Shown: positions 1-15,060, counted from the first letter of the stretch. The stretch is DNA of 64,000 nucleotides from Raillietiella orientalis (GCA_036172245.1 JAYWIR010000003.1:7130001-7194000), one strand, 5' to 3'. The notes: generated by a model not told the origin, from the sequence alone. Numbers and translations are program-made.

Positions 1-3000
1 AAAGGAAATCCTCCTAGGTTTCCTTGCGGAAGAGGAAGTTGGACTTCTTTGGAAGAACTTCAGTCCGATCGAAAGGTTCCAACGCAGACCAGCAGCACTG
101 CACGGGAAACTCCAGTGCTGGAAGTGCGTGTCACCTGCTGGGGGCACACAGAGCTGCCCAGACACATCGGGAGACTGCCAGCTTCCTATTGAAGAACGTC
201 CAGCAGATCCGGGTAACTCCCGCCTTTCTACAGGTGGTCAGCCGGGCTGCCAACCATTCTCAGAGAGGGGCGTCGCTCCCGCGATGCTGCAGGGCAACTC
301 TTGCCCTGCTGGTCATCATCTAGAGGATGCCTAACACTGCATTATAGTGGCGCGGAGGAATTCTCTAGGTCCAGCATTACCCCACCGAGAGAGACCCTCA
401 CGAAAGGGCACGTAGGACGCAACAATTACGGACGGACACCGCGTCGTCCGTGCCCGAGGTGTCGACCCCTTCTCCGTGCTAATTGCTGAACTCCCTGGCA
501 ACAGCACGACACCTGCAGGTCTCCTTCTTGCAGAGAGGCCATCCCCCTCTGTGCCAAATTCGTCTTGTGGCGGCTACGGAGCGGACGGGATGCCAACCCT
601 CCACAGCCGACCGAGAGCCTGAGGCCCTCGAGACGAGACACCGTGAGCAAGGGCAGGAATGCTCCATTCCCATGCCTCCTGAGGGAGTCGTGATAAATTT
701 GAGCTCCTGAAGTCCGCCTCTCTCGGCGACGCGATCCTCGAAGCATCCTGTGCACGCAGCATCAGCGTGCAGCTTCAGGAAGTGCTCGGGCGTCCCGGAG
801 TCCGACGCCGCTTGCGAGCCCTTCGCCAATGCCTCCGAGAGAGCGGAGAAGAAAAGAGGAAAGCAGGGGACAACTGCCAGCCTCTCCTGCAAGACGAGCT
901 CTTCCTCAAGCCGCTCCCTTGACCTCTTCAAGACAGTGGGTCCGCGCTCGTCTATTTTGAGTGCTTCCGCCCTTCTCTTGCAGATGCGCCGAAAGCACCC
1001 GTCCATGAGAATCCAGCATCGGAAGAGAAGGGCAGAAGGATGCATCCCGAGACTCGCAGCGCTGCTTCTGCCGTGGCGCCCAACCGAGACTGGGCGACCC
1101 GTAGGTCCCACCCTCGGTAGCGGTGAAGACCAGTCGGATCCCGACGAAGAGGATTCAGCCCTCCGGCTCCCCTCCCGCGGGTGGTCAAACCGGCAGGAGG
1201 GCCCCTTGTAAACCACACGATCTCCCTGCTGCGGAAGCACGCGTAGACTCCATGCTGATAGATGAATTATAGGTCAGGAGGAAGGAAAATGCTGGGTACC
1301 TGGATACTCTTTCCCCGCAGACCAACCACGAGCTGCTCCTTTCCGTCTAAAGCCTCGGGTTCGTCGTGTCCCTTATGGGAGCCTCGGGATAGCTTCTGCA
1401 AGGGACACGAGGGAACCCCCGGGAAGTGGATACTTGCCACCGCCATGCTCCTAGCGCTGTCCTTGCTATAAGACCTATCTGGCTTGGAGGGAGGGTTCTT
1501 GAAGGATCGAGGATCCCGGAAGCCGGCCCGAAAGCTCCTGGACGCCACCACACTAGGTGTTGGCGCCCAGGGACTGCACCGGTGGATAGGCAATCTCGAC
1601 ATTCCCCTGAATGGGACAGAATGGGTCTCCAGCATCGTCCTGAACGATTCGATGTTTTCTCGCCGGTGGTGGCAACAGACGACGACACTTTCAGCGCGGC
1701 AATGGAACTTCCCGAGACGCCAGCGATATCGGAGGAGGGGGGAAGCGTCTTCTTGAACTGTGTTAGGTGGACAAGGCGTTCGGATCGCTCTCGCGCCGGA
1801 TTCTAGAGGCAGGTACGTCCGTGGCGGATGCCAACGAATGGAGGCATCCCTCGTGCACCAGGAGCGTCCCCTTCCTTTCTTTCTTTCCTCCGGCAGAATC
1901 TGTGGAAGTCCTTGACCCCACAGGGACGCTCTCAAACCCCACCGCCAACACTGACGATGCTTTGGTGCGTGCGTGCAGCAGTCGTGAGTAGGAGGAAGAT
2001 GGCTGTATCCGTTCCATATCTCGCAAGACGTGGAGGACAGCCGGATGACCGATGAAAAATCACGAAGGATGGTGCAGGATTCATCGCAGCCAAGCTGTAA
2101 GAAAGACTCGAGACAATCCCCCGATGATCTTCCCCTCACCAATGGGACTGCCCTCCCAGGGGAGAGAACTAAGGAGGAGGGAGGACAATGAATAAATAAA
2201 TATGGAATGGGATGGACCGGTCTCACGGTATTATGCTTGATTCCCGAGGGCCCGCGTTTCAGGCAGGGGAGGACAGGAATGGAGGAGAGTGGAGGAGCAG
2301 CGCTCTCGCCGGTTTCGGGCTGATGTGCCCACGAGCGTTCGCAAGTTCCCTCGTGCCCCACTTCCCGGATTGGGCCATTCCACCGCCCTCCGCATGCAAG
2401 CGACAGCGATCGCAGGTGGCTCCCCGGGATGATGGCCGCGCCCTCCGTCTTCCCTCCGTTCCGAAGGCCACCGCTGCTCGTCGGTGACAGAGCACCGTCA
2501 GTGACCGGGTGACCGTTAAGCCTGAAGGCGCGACCACCTCTCCAAAGACCGTCTCTTCTGGGGCGACACTGAGGAACTGGACTGCGTTCCCATCCCTGAC
2601 GCAGTCCCCCTCATTCCTGAGGCACGTGCAAGAGCGTTCCCACTGTCCCGCAGTGGGGTCACTTCCTTGGCAACTGGGGCATGGCGGCCTTCCGGGGGAG
2701 ATCCCAGTGGTGAGGCCAGCAAGCTGTCGGTCCGCTGCGGTACCGGAGAGGGAGGGCGGAGACGTCTATCAAGAAGTGGGGGGTCTCGAAGGTCTCGCGG
2801 GGGATGCCAGAGATGCCATCCGTCTGTGGAAACCCTGAGCAGGAACTTGGGTGCAGGCCTCGTTCGCCAGGAAAGAGGTTTTTTACTATTCAATGGACTT
2901 CGTGACCCCGAAGGTACGGTAGCATCCTATTCCTCCCTATTCAACGTAAGAAGTAATGGACGCATGGCGTCCTCAGTGATCACACGCAAAGATCTAGGAA

Positions 3001-6000
3001 GATGGCTAACAAACATCGAACAAACAAACTAAACACTCGCATTGGTGTTCGGGAGGATTGGGCTTTTCACATGCATTCACCTTTGCGGTGATTGCTGTCT
3101 CCAAGCATTCCCGTCGTTACCAAGTTAAGAGCGGAACGTCCACTGTCTTCTCATTAGGTCTTGGAAAGCTTCTTCGAGAAGTGCGGTTCCGAGTCCCTCG
3201 TGGCTCTTCCTAACACCGGCGTTGCAGCCTCCTGCGATCCAGGACTGCGTTTCCACGCGACGCTCAGAACGAGAGAGGAGGCAGGGCCTTGGTTGAGGAC
3301 CCTCTTTGCGGTGCGCGACTCCCTCGAGGGTGCAACCCACTCCTTTGTCCTCCAACATAACCGATCCACTCATCGAGAATAAACACACGCGAAAGCGTTG
3401 CAAAAGTTTGAGAACATGCAAGAAGAGAGGAGAGAGGGCGCTTCCATAGGTATTCCCATCGCCGTCTTCCCATTAACTGTGGTTCCATCCTCGAATTCTG
3501 GATCCTTCAGCTAGGGAATCGACGTGGTTCGCCACCGAAGTTCGCTCCAGTATCTCCCAAATCGGTCTGCCCCGGCCCCCACGCAACGGGATCGGGAGGG
3601 ACAACCCGATAAGATAAGCGGGTAAAAAGGATTCGAACCATCTTCCTCAGGCTCGGCAGTGGCAGTTCCGGGTCGCAGTTGCAATGTCGGTGCTCCGCCT
3701 CAGGCTTTCGGGAGGGTGCGCTTACAGGCTCAGAACCTGCGTCTTGCGCATTTGGTTGCGCGGCCGACATACTCACAGCTCCCTCGGTGGTGTATCTCGT
3801 GGAGCGAGCAGCGCCTTTTTGTGCTTTGATTTGATCCCCTTCTACGAAGATCAGGGGTGCCAGCTTTACTAGGTACAGAAGCAGACAAGGAGCAGAGGGG
3901 GGGAGAAGTAGGACAAAAAGTAGATCGATAAAAATAAATGCAAGTGAGACGAATCGGTGTTATAGTAGGGTGCATGATCTTCGGGGGTCTGCGTGGGATC
4001 GGCACAAAAGGCGATGGGATGCTGCCACCGGTTTCGAGCGAGTCAGCCATCCTTGCCTTTCTGTTTATTCACAGACGACCATCGAGTCTGTTTGCTCACC
4101 CACAGAAGAGGCACCTTCTGAACCGGCACGAGTCAGGGAGGCAACGCTCCGATAGACCCAGGGGGATGACGTTCACTGGGACCTGCTAACGGGCGCTCAG
4201 GGAGTCGGTGAGGCCCTCACGGCAGGGCAGGGTTCCGAGCAAGGGAAGGGGCACACAGAGTCATGGGACGGCAGAGGATGGAGATGGCTATGCAGGCGGG
4301 CTGGCACGGGAAGCAGCAAGAAGTTCCAGTATCTCCCTGGGCAGCAGAGTTCCGAGCTCATCCCCGGCAGCCGACATCAATGAGGTGGCTGGCCGCTGGT
4401 GCCGACCAGCAGTCACCGTAGGTGCCACATCTCCTTCTGCCAATTCAGCCGTTCGTTTGAGGAGAGAGGCGGCCAAAGAGGAAGCGGTCTGTCATCCCGA
4501 AGAGGTCAGCATCCGAGCGACGAGGTCCCTAGGAGGAAGGGCTGAGGTGCTCCTGCGACGCCCACGTCCATCCCTGTTGCTGCATACGCGCATCAGATGA
4601 GCGCGCACGCAGAAGGAAGGGCTGCGCATTGCTACGCGGCTGAGGCGTGGTGAGTGTTCAGGCAAGATGGTCACTTGCTGGTGGCGCGGAGGTCGAGCAT
4701 GAGCGTCCACGAGGATGAACGGGACCTTCAAGTTTTCGCGGCAGGTTCCAAAGGTTGCCCGTGACCCATTCCCGAGAGGATGCGATCGGACCTGGCACTC
4801 CAGGGACGAGGGAAGGCAACGGCACTTTCTTGCTCCTGCAGGAATTTTCCACAGGGGCGCTGGAGAAGCGAGTCAAAGAGAGGAAAGAGGAAGTGTGCGG
4901 GATAGACTCTCCGTCCCCGCGCCGGCAAAGAAATGCCTCGGAGCGATCGCCACGAATTCTCCGGGAGGAGCGGCGAAAGGCATCCCGGGACGCGAGGGCT
5001 TCCCTTCGAGATGGAAGAGACTCCCTCCGTGGAGGAAGCGGAGCGCCTCCAGGGATGTCTGCCGGAGGCTCAGACTGGGCAGCGGACCGGAAGGAAGAAA
5101 CAACCCTCGTGCGGCTGCAGTACCGAGCAGAAGGCGAAGCGTGGAAAAGGCAGGGAGGAAGCTTCCGGCCCGAGCGCGGGCGCGTCTCGCCCCAGGGGCG
5201 GGAGTGGATTCCAGTAGGAAATTCGGCGTCCCTCAGATCAGCAAAAGAGCATGAGATGGGCTCTGTCCTCTGCGCTTCAGCTCGGTCGGCGGCGGGAGGA
5301 GCGACGAGTTCCGTGACGTCTTCCCCTCCCCTCCCCCCTTCCCCCTCTGCTGCCACCCTGTGCGGGAGACACGGAACCCGCCGCTCCTCGCCCGCCCACC
5401 TGACGAGGAGGATCCTCCTCCCTCCCTTCCGGGATCTCTCCCAGGTTCCATCGTTCACAACCGACGACGAATTATCCCTCCCCACCTCACCCCACCCTTC
5501 TTCTTCTCCGGGATCACTTTCCCCCCTCCCACCCCACCCCATTCCTCTGCCGGGGAATTGTTTTCTGGAACAGCGAGGACTTGCCGAAGAGCCTCCGTCC
5601 TCTTCATCCGCTCGCATGATCGATTCGTCCGCAGCCTCCGCACCAAGGAGACTGCGAGCGTGCGGAGCAGTAATTTAGAAAGCCATAAATTGCAGCTACA
5701 CGCGATCCTTCCGATATTGAACGCGGCTCTCGGCAAACATCCGAGGGACGCTCTGCTGTTGCTTCACTTCCATGGCGCCAATTTGTCTTCTCCGAGGAGC
5801 GCTTTTGGTCCTCGTCGGGAAGGCGCCTTTCCGCGCGCATGCGCGCTTGTTCCCGGCGGCGGAGTCCCATTTTTTCCTGCGGGACGCGTCCCCGAGGAAC
5901 GCGGCTAAGAGCGCGCAGCTCGACGAATGGGGTCCTGAATTATTCACTCACGGGGAAGAACGCGCCTCGCGCCCACCCCGTGAGGTCCGTTCTTCCCGCA

Positions 6001-9000
6001 GCCCCTCCCGGCGTCCCGTTTCGTTCCCCTCAGTGCGCGCATTCCGTCATCCCCGCGGCGGCGGAACGAGAACCCTGCGGAAAGGGCGGTCGCGGGAGAG
6101 GTTCAGGAGGTCGTTTGGCGACGTGGTCTCACACAGAGGGGCGGCGGAGGCTGGCGCGATAAGTGGGGGGGTTCTGCCGACCCTGAGCGCGAGAGGGACG
6201 CGGCGAGGAAGGAGAGAGATGCGCGCCTATGCAGCCTCCTCGGCTTGGAGCTCTGCTTTCAGCACCCCCCCCCCCTTTCCCCTCCCGCGCGGCGAAGACA
6301 AACAGCTCAGGTCCGCCCGAACCCTCTCGGGACGAGCGATCAGCAGCCACAGCCTCTGCTAGCTTCGGATCTGCAACAGGAGAAGGTAGGCTGCAAGCTG
6401 GGAGCCGGGAACGCATGGCGTGCCCGGGAGGGAAGGGGAGAGAAAACTCTGCAATCCAGAAAGAGTCTTCCCTTGAAGTGGGAACGGAGTGTCCCTCTTT
6501 CCTCCTGGATTGCCGAGCCGCTTGCTGGGAGTGAACCAACGAAAGTCATCCCGAAAGTTCCAGAGCCACGGGAGCAGAAGCCATGGACTGAGGAACCGAT
6601 TCCCTGGACACTGAGAATGGGACCCGAGATGGCGCCGTCGGTCGCAGCCACCCAGCAAAGCAATTGCGCCTTCTGGGGGGCACTCTGGCGACGAATATTC
6701 CGGGTGTCTCTCCGGAGATGCATCTCTAGGGATGAGAGGATGAATGCTCTCTGCAGATGCGTGTGCAGCCAGCCATCCGGCTATCCCGAAAAGTCGGGCG
6801 TTCGACGGGGACCCTGGGATTCGCGGTGGTCGGCTACCCCGCCTTGTCCACCCACAACGACCCATCGGAGGTCGTCGTCGGCTTCCGATCCCCGCAGTGG
6901 GAGGAAACCGCACGACGGGTCCAGGATCTTTCTGGGAGCTGCGGAGCCGAGTTTGCAGCGCCTCTGCAAAAGTCAAGCGCGGAGGAAAAAGCTGGGACAC
7001 GGGATCCTGAAGACGAGAAGCTTCACGCCGGTGGGGTCATGCTCGAATTTCCTCTCTCCGCTGAATATACGTGGCCTCGGCACGGAGCCCCCCGCAGGCC
7101 CTCTCGGCTCCCTTCGGTCTACGGGGACGCAGAGCCTGGAGTCGACGGGAGGAGAAATCCGATCGCGCCAGCCGGCTCCCACCTCACGAGGAAAAGACGA
7201 TGCGATGGTGCCTCAGGCTGCTCCCTCCCTTTCCTGATTTTTGGCAGCTTCCATCTCCCCCCCTCCTTTTCCCTCTTTTTTTTTTTTTCCTACGTGTGAC
7301 GGTTGCTAAGCGCGAACAGGCTGAACGCGTCTCAGGGGGGCCGGAAGAAACGGCAAGGCGGGAGAGGTGCCTCCCAGGAAAGGCGGCGCTCCTTCCTTCG
7401 ACATTTTCTTTCGCATCTCATCCCCCAACGGACTGTGCGGACGCCTTCGGCTCACACTGGACGGGGATGGACGCGCCAAGTGTCCTCCGACGCCCGCACG
7501 CGTCTCCGGGGACGTCGCTTCCCCGTTCTCTCGTGCCAGACGAACGGACTTGCTCCGGCCGCCATCCTGCGCCGCGTCCTCGGAACCGACGAAGAGTCGG
7601 CGCTTCGCCAGCCCGCCTTTCCGTCCCCGTGCTGTGAAGAGCGTGACTCGACCCGAGTCCTCATCCTGAGGTCATGGAGAAAGACCGAGCGACTAGGTCT
7701 CCGTGACCCTGGCTCCCTCCCTCCACCACTTTCCACCCCTCTATTGCTCCAGGCGTTTCTCCCAGCGAAACGATTCCATTTCAGCCCCAGTACCCTCCCC
7801 GTGAAGGGTTCCAGTAGGGATCCATTCCCTACTCTGCGAGATGATGGAGGAGTGCTCTGGCGGTAACCAGAAGTCGTGTCCTTGCCAGTCCCCAGGACGA
7901 GCACAGCCAGCGTGATCGCGGGAGATCGCGGGGCAGGGAAGGAATCCCTCTCTCCCCTTACTGAGTTACGTGAAAGTTAAGGAACGAGACAACGTGATCA
8001 GAGACGTTGGTCACATCGGGTGTTTGTTTCGGGGACGTCCCTTTGTTGGACGAAAGAGCGGGAACACTGTGCCTTGGACCGTGCGTTGCTAGGCAAAGCT
8101 CCGTCCTCGATCGGCTTCATCTGCGAGCATCTCCCTGTCCGGGAGGTAGGGAGGGCTCGCTGAAAAGCCCCCGCATCGAAGGCTCGGTCCGAAGAGGCAG
8201 CATGAGACTCCCCACCTCGGGGGGTCCATTCCTAGATGGGAGGAGCGAAGGCCAGCAACGCTCCGATATGCATGCCGCGACCACCCACGCTTGGGATCGT
8301 CGGCAACGATCTCCAGACGCCAGGTTTTCCGTCTTCTATTTCGAGAAAACGCGGACAAGCAAGCGGGCCTGCGGAGGAGGGGGGTGGTTCACGATGGCGG
8401 TGAGACGTCCACCCACGTGACGAGCGAAGACTCGGATGGGAGACTGCCGCAGTCCGCGAGGAGGCGGCCTCCTCGTGCAGCGCACCGCCCCCATCAGACC
8501 AGAGAAAAGCGTCCTCTTGGGCCAGAGGCTGAATGCATCCCCACATCAACCGGTAGGTGTGCCGCCGCCGCATATCCTCCGGCAGCTGGATGATCCGAGG
8601 GTTGCCGCGCTTTGGGTCTGGAGGAAGCAGAAACCTTCGAGGGGTTGCGAGGTGGTGCGAGGACTCCTCATGAAGGGCGAGTATTCTTTGCCCTTGTCCA
8701 CCGGATCCGCGGTCACCATGCCTCTGCGATACCCCTTCCGGCAGATCCTCCAGGATCAGAGAGGAAGCAATTGGTCGGCTCCTGCACCACCGGTGGCGCA
8801 TCGCGGGTGAGACTGCGAGGCGCTGCCCAGCCTTCCGCTTCGAGAGCGCCCCTTCTCAAGAGAGGCCACCGAGCCGGCTTTGCCTAGGGACACGTTTGTG
8901 CAGGACGAGGTTTACCTGTCTCGAAGGGCAGCGTGGAAGGAGGCGCGCTCCTAGTTCGAGCGGGTTGGAACCGTGACCTCGCTGGACGGAGGTCACGTCC

Positions 9001-12000
9001 CCCGCCGGAGGAAGTCTGGAAGACGCCGCCCTCTCCCCCTTCCAGCTCTGGAAGAGACAGGCTGTAAATGCGCGTACGGCAGGCAGAGAGGATCTGGGCA
9101 CTGGGAGCGCACGGGTGCCAGCGGTCGCCGTTGGCCTCAGGCGGTCTCCGAGTCTTCTCGGGGCAGGGAGGCAGAGGCCGAAGGATCAGAGCTGCGAGAT
9201 GACAGGCGAGATTCACAACGAAGGCTGAGCGGAGGGGAGCCTGCCCTCCATTCTGCCCTTCACTTCCCACTCCATCCCGGAGAGACCACGTCCTCTCGTC
9301 TTCTTGGCGGACGGCGCATGCGGAGACGTCTCCGAGAAAGCTGCCCGCAGGCCTCGCAAGGTCACTCAGACTCCCGGCGCGGTGACAGAGCAAAGAAAGT
9401 GTTACCGAGGAAACTGCCCGCTGGCGCAAAAGGTACATTTTGCTTCATTTTATTTTCATCGGTTCTTTATCTCCTTCGGCAAGCGTTTCTCCTCCGGTTG
9501 CCTGGAAACCATAAACTACCGGCTGACAGCTGCTGGAATTCTCTCCGCCTCGGAGAGGAACCATTAATTTGTTCCCCGGCGCGAGCAGCCGACCGGCCTC
9601 CGGAATTGCACGGCCCTCATCTCTTCCAAGGAGTCCTACGCTGAGGTGCAGCCTCTGGATAATTTAATCATCGTGGACCCGGAAGCCGGAGAGGATCCTC
9701 CCGCCGCTGCGGCGGGGAATGAGACAGGGCCTCTCGCGCTTACTGCAAAGGCGGGATGGAGCGCTCCGCACCAAGGGTCGCACTTTCCAAGGGCCGCACT
9801 GCCTCGGAGGAGGCCAGGCCGAGGGCACGAAACTCCGGCCTGAGCGATGACAGCGACACCGGTCTCTCCCCTCGGGCCCACTTCGGGCGCCAGGCAGGCC
9901 CGGTGAAGTTCGCCAGAACCCGCGATCCGGCTAATCATTTCTGCACAGATCGCCCCTCAACCAGTCTGGGAGTCCAGGAGGGAGCCCGCGATTATGCGCG
10001 TCTGGGTGATCTTCCCGTTCTAGGCACTGCGCCGTCCAGGGAACTCTGGGAGACCTCCAGCAGACTCCCAAAACGCGACGCAGTAAGTGGGGGGGATGGG
10101 TAATGATCTCTGTGGCGCAGCTTCCCAGAGGCGATCCGCAAGCGATCTTCCGGACCAGGCATGACTTCGGTTTCTACTCGTCTGGGCTGCATACGCTCCT
10201 ACCTGCTCGTCGTCCTCCCCTACTTTCTGCACCCAGTGGGGAACTTCCGACGTTCCCGTTTCGGGTTGATCCAGGTCGTCCCCTCCTCTGCCATCCCCAC
10301 GCGGACTTCACCCGCTCGGATAAGAAAGACCTGGTGACCCGTGACGTAGGTCACTTCTGAGCGTTTGCTGTGGGCGCAATCTACAGTGAAACACAAAGTA
10401 GGAAGGACAGTGGGTCTCGTGTGGGGTCGAAGTCAAAGTCCGACTCGTTGGCTGTATTCTGCCCGGGGAGCCACAGCGGTGGCTGAGAGTACCCGAGGAC
10501 GAAATCCAATAAACCGAAGACGAGGATGGGGCTACAGAGAAAGAGGAGGAGTCACAAGTGCTCGGGAGCGTCTCCTAACTCGCTAGAGATATGGGTTAGG
10601 TTGTTTGTTTGAGCCTTCTTCCCAGGTAGGGTCACCCCCACTTGTTCTCTGGTTCGAGGTGCCGTACCTGCTCCGTCATTTGGATCCTTCTGTGCAAGGT
10701 GCGCGGTCAAGCGAACGCAACGCAGTCCGGAGGGACGTCCCTCCCCCCGGCGAACTCTGCACGGAAGGCATTGGCATAGGAAGAACGCCGCTGCATAAGG
10801 GATGGCCCACAAGGTCAGAAAAGCCGCTTTCTCGGGGCGACCTCTGTTCCTCTTGCCAAGGGCCTTCCGGGAGCGACATTTCCGATGGAGGTGGCTGCAG
10901 AGCAGGGCAAGGTGTCACACCTAACAGAGCGCCCCAGGCAAAGTTTTTCGATACCTTCTCTGGGGACACCTTTACTCCAGGGTCGCAAGCAGCGCCGTGA
11001 CTCTCGGGGCGCATTGCGCTTCCCTCCCGAGGCCTGCCGCTGCGACCGGCGCGCCCCACCGAATGCCGGGATGAGCTCCGAGCCGGATCGACTCTCGTGG
11101 ACCTCAATGGGACTCCCCAGAATGCCCCTGTGGCCCTGGAATGCCGCCTGGTGGAGCAGAGTTCCTCGCGCCGGCGCCAGGATGGTAGCGCCACGCGTCC
11201 ACAAGCACACATGGGCTCGCGAGGGAGACGGAGGGAAGCTGTAAGTTTCAGGTGGCAGCTCTGGGGCGAAGAGAACTTCCGCTCTTGAGCATGCCTCGAA
11301 GGCGGGGTACCCCTCCGTTACTCCACTTGAGAGCAACGGAGGACATCCCCAAGAGCGGAAGTTCTTCTCCCGCTGCTGCCCCTCGCTTCCTTCAGGCAAA
11401 CACAGCAGCTGCCTCGGTAAAGAGGATCTTCCCTTCCTTGATGCGTCGATGCCAGTCTGCGCCGGGTCGTCAGCCGCCCAGGAGAGAAAAGTACAAGTTA
11501 TCTACTGAGAACAGTGGCCATGGTGATGGCCATGACCACCGCTGGGATGGCCGGAATGGAAGCTCGATAGAAGGCAGGCCGCGAAGGATGAGGAGAAGCA
11601 CAGAGTCCGCTTGCAAAAGTCGAGGGTGACGGATGGCCAGCCGACGGAGGTTTTAGCGGCGCGCATGGGATGAACCTGCTCCTTTCTTGCAAGCCCGCCT
11701 TCCCTCGGGTTACCATCCCGAACACGAGTGGCCGCGACCGAGCCAATAGGGAAACCCAGAGGTGACAGCAAGCCTCAGCTTGCAATCTGGTGCCCGCGTC
11801 CATCTAGCTGGTGCAAAGGACTCTCGCGCACCTGGCGGTGGACACACGGTATTAATCTCCAAGACCGAAATCCTCCACCCAGGTGTGGAACGCAACCCTT
11901 CAGCCCTGCATGAAACAAGGAAAAGTTCTCCTGCAGCAGCAGAAGTGCCTGGGGGCGCGCCTCCCTACGTCATTACCTCGCACCATCTCCATTCTGCCTC

Positions 12001-15000
12001 CAAACAGCCTCGGAAGGCCGCGTGCCCTTCGCTGTCTCGATGTCAGAAGCAGCTTTCTCTGGCTGGGATGCTGCGATCGCCAAGGCAGCTCCCATCACGG
12101 AAGCCCGATGACTTTCTCCCCATTATATTTTTCTCCCTAGACACAATGACTTGTAATTAAAAAAAAAAAAAGAAAGTATCACCCACTTCCTTTCAGACCA
12201 ACCCTAACCCCTACGGCGGAAATTTTGCTCCTGCTCTCCCCATATTTCACGTACCCCTTCCGTGCTGGATTCATGAATAATCGATCCCGTGCTTCCAAAA
12301 CAATAAAGATCGAAACGCAGGATGAACTAATGCATGCAAGAATGCAGGCATTTCTTCGCCCGCTCCCGGCCCCATCAATATCAATCCGGATTCCCTAGAT
12401 GAAGGTCCATCAATCACCCTTATGATGGAACAAGCGTTCTGGAAGAGATGAACGGAAGTTGAGATCAAGCGCCTCCCAACATCCTCCTAGAGGATTTCTG
12501 ACCTTGGAGTATGGAGAGGAGCTCCGCTTCCCGATCACATCCTGGACCCGCACATCCTGACTGCCCACCCTAGCCGCAGAGGGCGAAGATGGTTCGATGG
12601 CATCTCGGCTTGCTCTGAAGGTGCAAGACGGGAGGTCTTTCGCACCTCCTCCCGTCTTTCCGGTGTTTGTCTCCTCCTCTTGAGCGCCACAGGTGAGAGA
12701 ACTTCCTCAGCTTCCCTCGTGGGTTTCCAAGGAGGGAGAAAGGAGGAGATTCGAAACCAGAATTTCGCCGGGACCATCCAGCGCCGCCACTTCCATCTTT
12801 GAATCTTTGAAACCGCCACCTTTTCAGGAACCCGTTCTTCGGAAGGTTTTGGAATCTTTCCGACAGCGCCGCTTCATTTCCCGGAAGCGCCATGGGTTTA
12901 TAGGGAGAGGGAAGGAGGGAGAGGAGGGAGCCACAGGCTGGGGGCCACGGCTCTGCGAGCTTCTCCCGTTGTCCCCACAGGGGCAGAAGGGGAAGTTGAG
13001 GTTGTTGACCCTTGTTGGCTGCAGGAGAGCTTCTTTCTGACCCCCTTTCACCCTGACTGGAGACTTGTCTCTTTCTTGCCGGTTCCCGAAAGGGAAAAAA
13101 AAATTCCCTACAGACAGGAACAATTCGTTGACCATGGTGACCGTTTCCCTGGTAGCCACCGAGCTGGCTACTCCGACAGCCACTCTTGCATGCGCAGTGG
13201 ATGCTCACAAGAGCAACCACTGCGCAACCCTGCTGCCCGCAGGACCCATTGCTCCGGAGTGGGTACAAGGAAAGAGGGGGAACTGGAAATCATCCTCTTC
13301 TGTTGGCCCACTGTTGATGGGGAATTTTCCCTTGTGACCAAGAATCCCTTGCCGGACTCGCCTAGCCTGCCCGATGCTCCCCCCCTTACCAGTTCGCGCT
13401 CCCTGCAAAAAATCCCTTCGCCTGGGAAACATCGCCGTGATGCACGACGCGTCTATGGGGACCTTTCCCTCTGTCTTCTTCACAGGGGTGCTTCGTGGAC
13501 CAGGCGCATCGACTCCCCTTCCCCTCCCCTCACGGCGACCGTGGCGAGAGCGCGGCACCCGATGCCTCCTCCCCTTTCTGAAACGGGAGCGGCGGCGGAC
13601 TTCCCCCGGGAAGACAGGAGGATTCCTCGGGAGCCAAGGAGGTAGCCCAAGCCGCCGTGGCCTTACCGAAACGCGGAATCCCGCGCATAGGAACCGCCAC
13701 CACTTAGGATTGCATGATTGTTGGTGCTCCGTCAGACCGCCTCTCTTCACCTTCTCGCCTCACCCGGTCCGATTCCCTAGCCGCTTTCGTCTTTTTTTTT
13801 TTTCTTCCTCAAGGAGCGCTGAAGAACCGTCCGCCTGCCTGACAGAGGGCTAACGAAGCTCTTGAAGCACCGTCCACTCCACCCAAAGGTGCGTGCGGAA
13901 CTCTTCAAGTGCGGGAGTGATCCTGGAGGGACTGCCCTATGAATCCAGGAAGGACTCCGGAGGGAGGCCGTTCCTCTTACGATTGAGAGGGAACCCCGAA
14001 GTGAACTTCTTCCTTTCTCTCTCCGGAAGGACTCCCGGAGGTAACTACTTCATTATTTCTTCTCCGAAGGGAACCCGGAAGGGATCCACTCCCGGAATTT
14101 CTTCTTTGGAGGGCACTTGCAGGGGAGCCACTCCTGGCTTCCTCCTCTGAAGAGGACCACGGAGAGCCGATTCCCAATTTCTCGGATGGGCGCTCCCCGA
14201 AAGGAACAATTCACTTCCGGGTGGACACATTGGAGAGGCAATCCCTCTCCTCTGGAGAGATGTATCAACCAGCTTCATGGTACCCGATGCAGGGTCACCC
14301 CCTGAGGGGAGGGGGGAAGTTGAAAGAACCCCGGAAGGCCAACTTCCAATTCCTGCCATTTCGCGGAGGCATCCGGTGTTTCTGGCTCCCACCAGAACCG
14401 CATCCGAAGTCTACAGGTCAACCAGCGTCATCCTGCAGGGGTGAGAGGATCGAAACCCACGAAACATCCCCATTTCTCGGCGTCGATCCTCCACGTAGGA
14501 ATTCTAACCCGCAACGCTTGGCGCCACGCGTGGAGGCCGCAGCCAAGGGGCCGCCATCGCTTCTGCCTTTGGGGCAAGGAGCGCGCACCAAAGACCACTC
14601 GGAACCCTCCGCTGACCTGACCTGCATCGCTGGAAGTTACTCTCTCTCCGGGAGCGAAGACGCTTCACCATGAAGACGGGAGGAAGAGACTCCGGTCGCG
14701 CGAATCGCCCAAGATGCGTTGATGGGCACCGGTCGCTAAGAGGGAGGTTCCTTCGGCTCCTCCGAGGAGAGCGCCCTCGGTGGGAACCTGCAGAAGAGAT
14801 GAGCTGCGCTCGATCCCAGACTGAAGGGCACCGCGAGTGACCCATGAGGAAACCGAACTTGAAAGGGAAAGTGATCGGCCTTCAGGAGCGCTCACGCTCC
14901 CTCCCGAACCGGTCTTCGACACCAAGGCGGCATGGAGCATCTGCGCGGGGTCATCGGAAAGAGCCACCGGTCCCGGTGCCCGATACCGACGGCAGCAGAG

Positions 15001-15060
15001 GAATCCCCCCTGTTCCGTTCGAGTGACAGGGGACTCACAGGACGAAACGCCGGCTTCCGG

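Noticed and set aside
1484..1756. TTLGVGAQGLH..LDIP resembles the ribonucleotide reductase large-subunit motif (LGLGVQGL)
   Set aside because: No flanking RNR motifs (CNL, APMP/TA), a stop lies just upstream and there are no supporting exons. Likely chance; an HMM search would settle it.
4658..7237. Several 300+ aa ORFs on both strands
   Set aside because: They overlap in multiple frames, are rich in R/S/P/G and show no domain motifs, as expected from high GC.
8960..9000. tRNA T-arm-like gaggtcacggttccaacccg on the minus strand
   Set aside because: No cloverleaf or A box; only a 9-bp hairpin.
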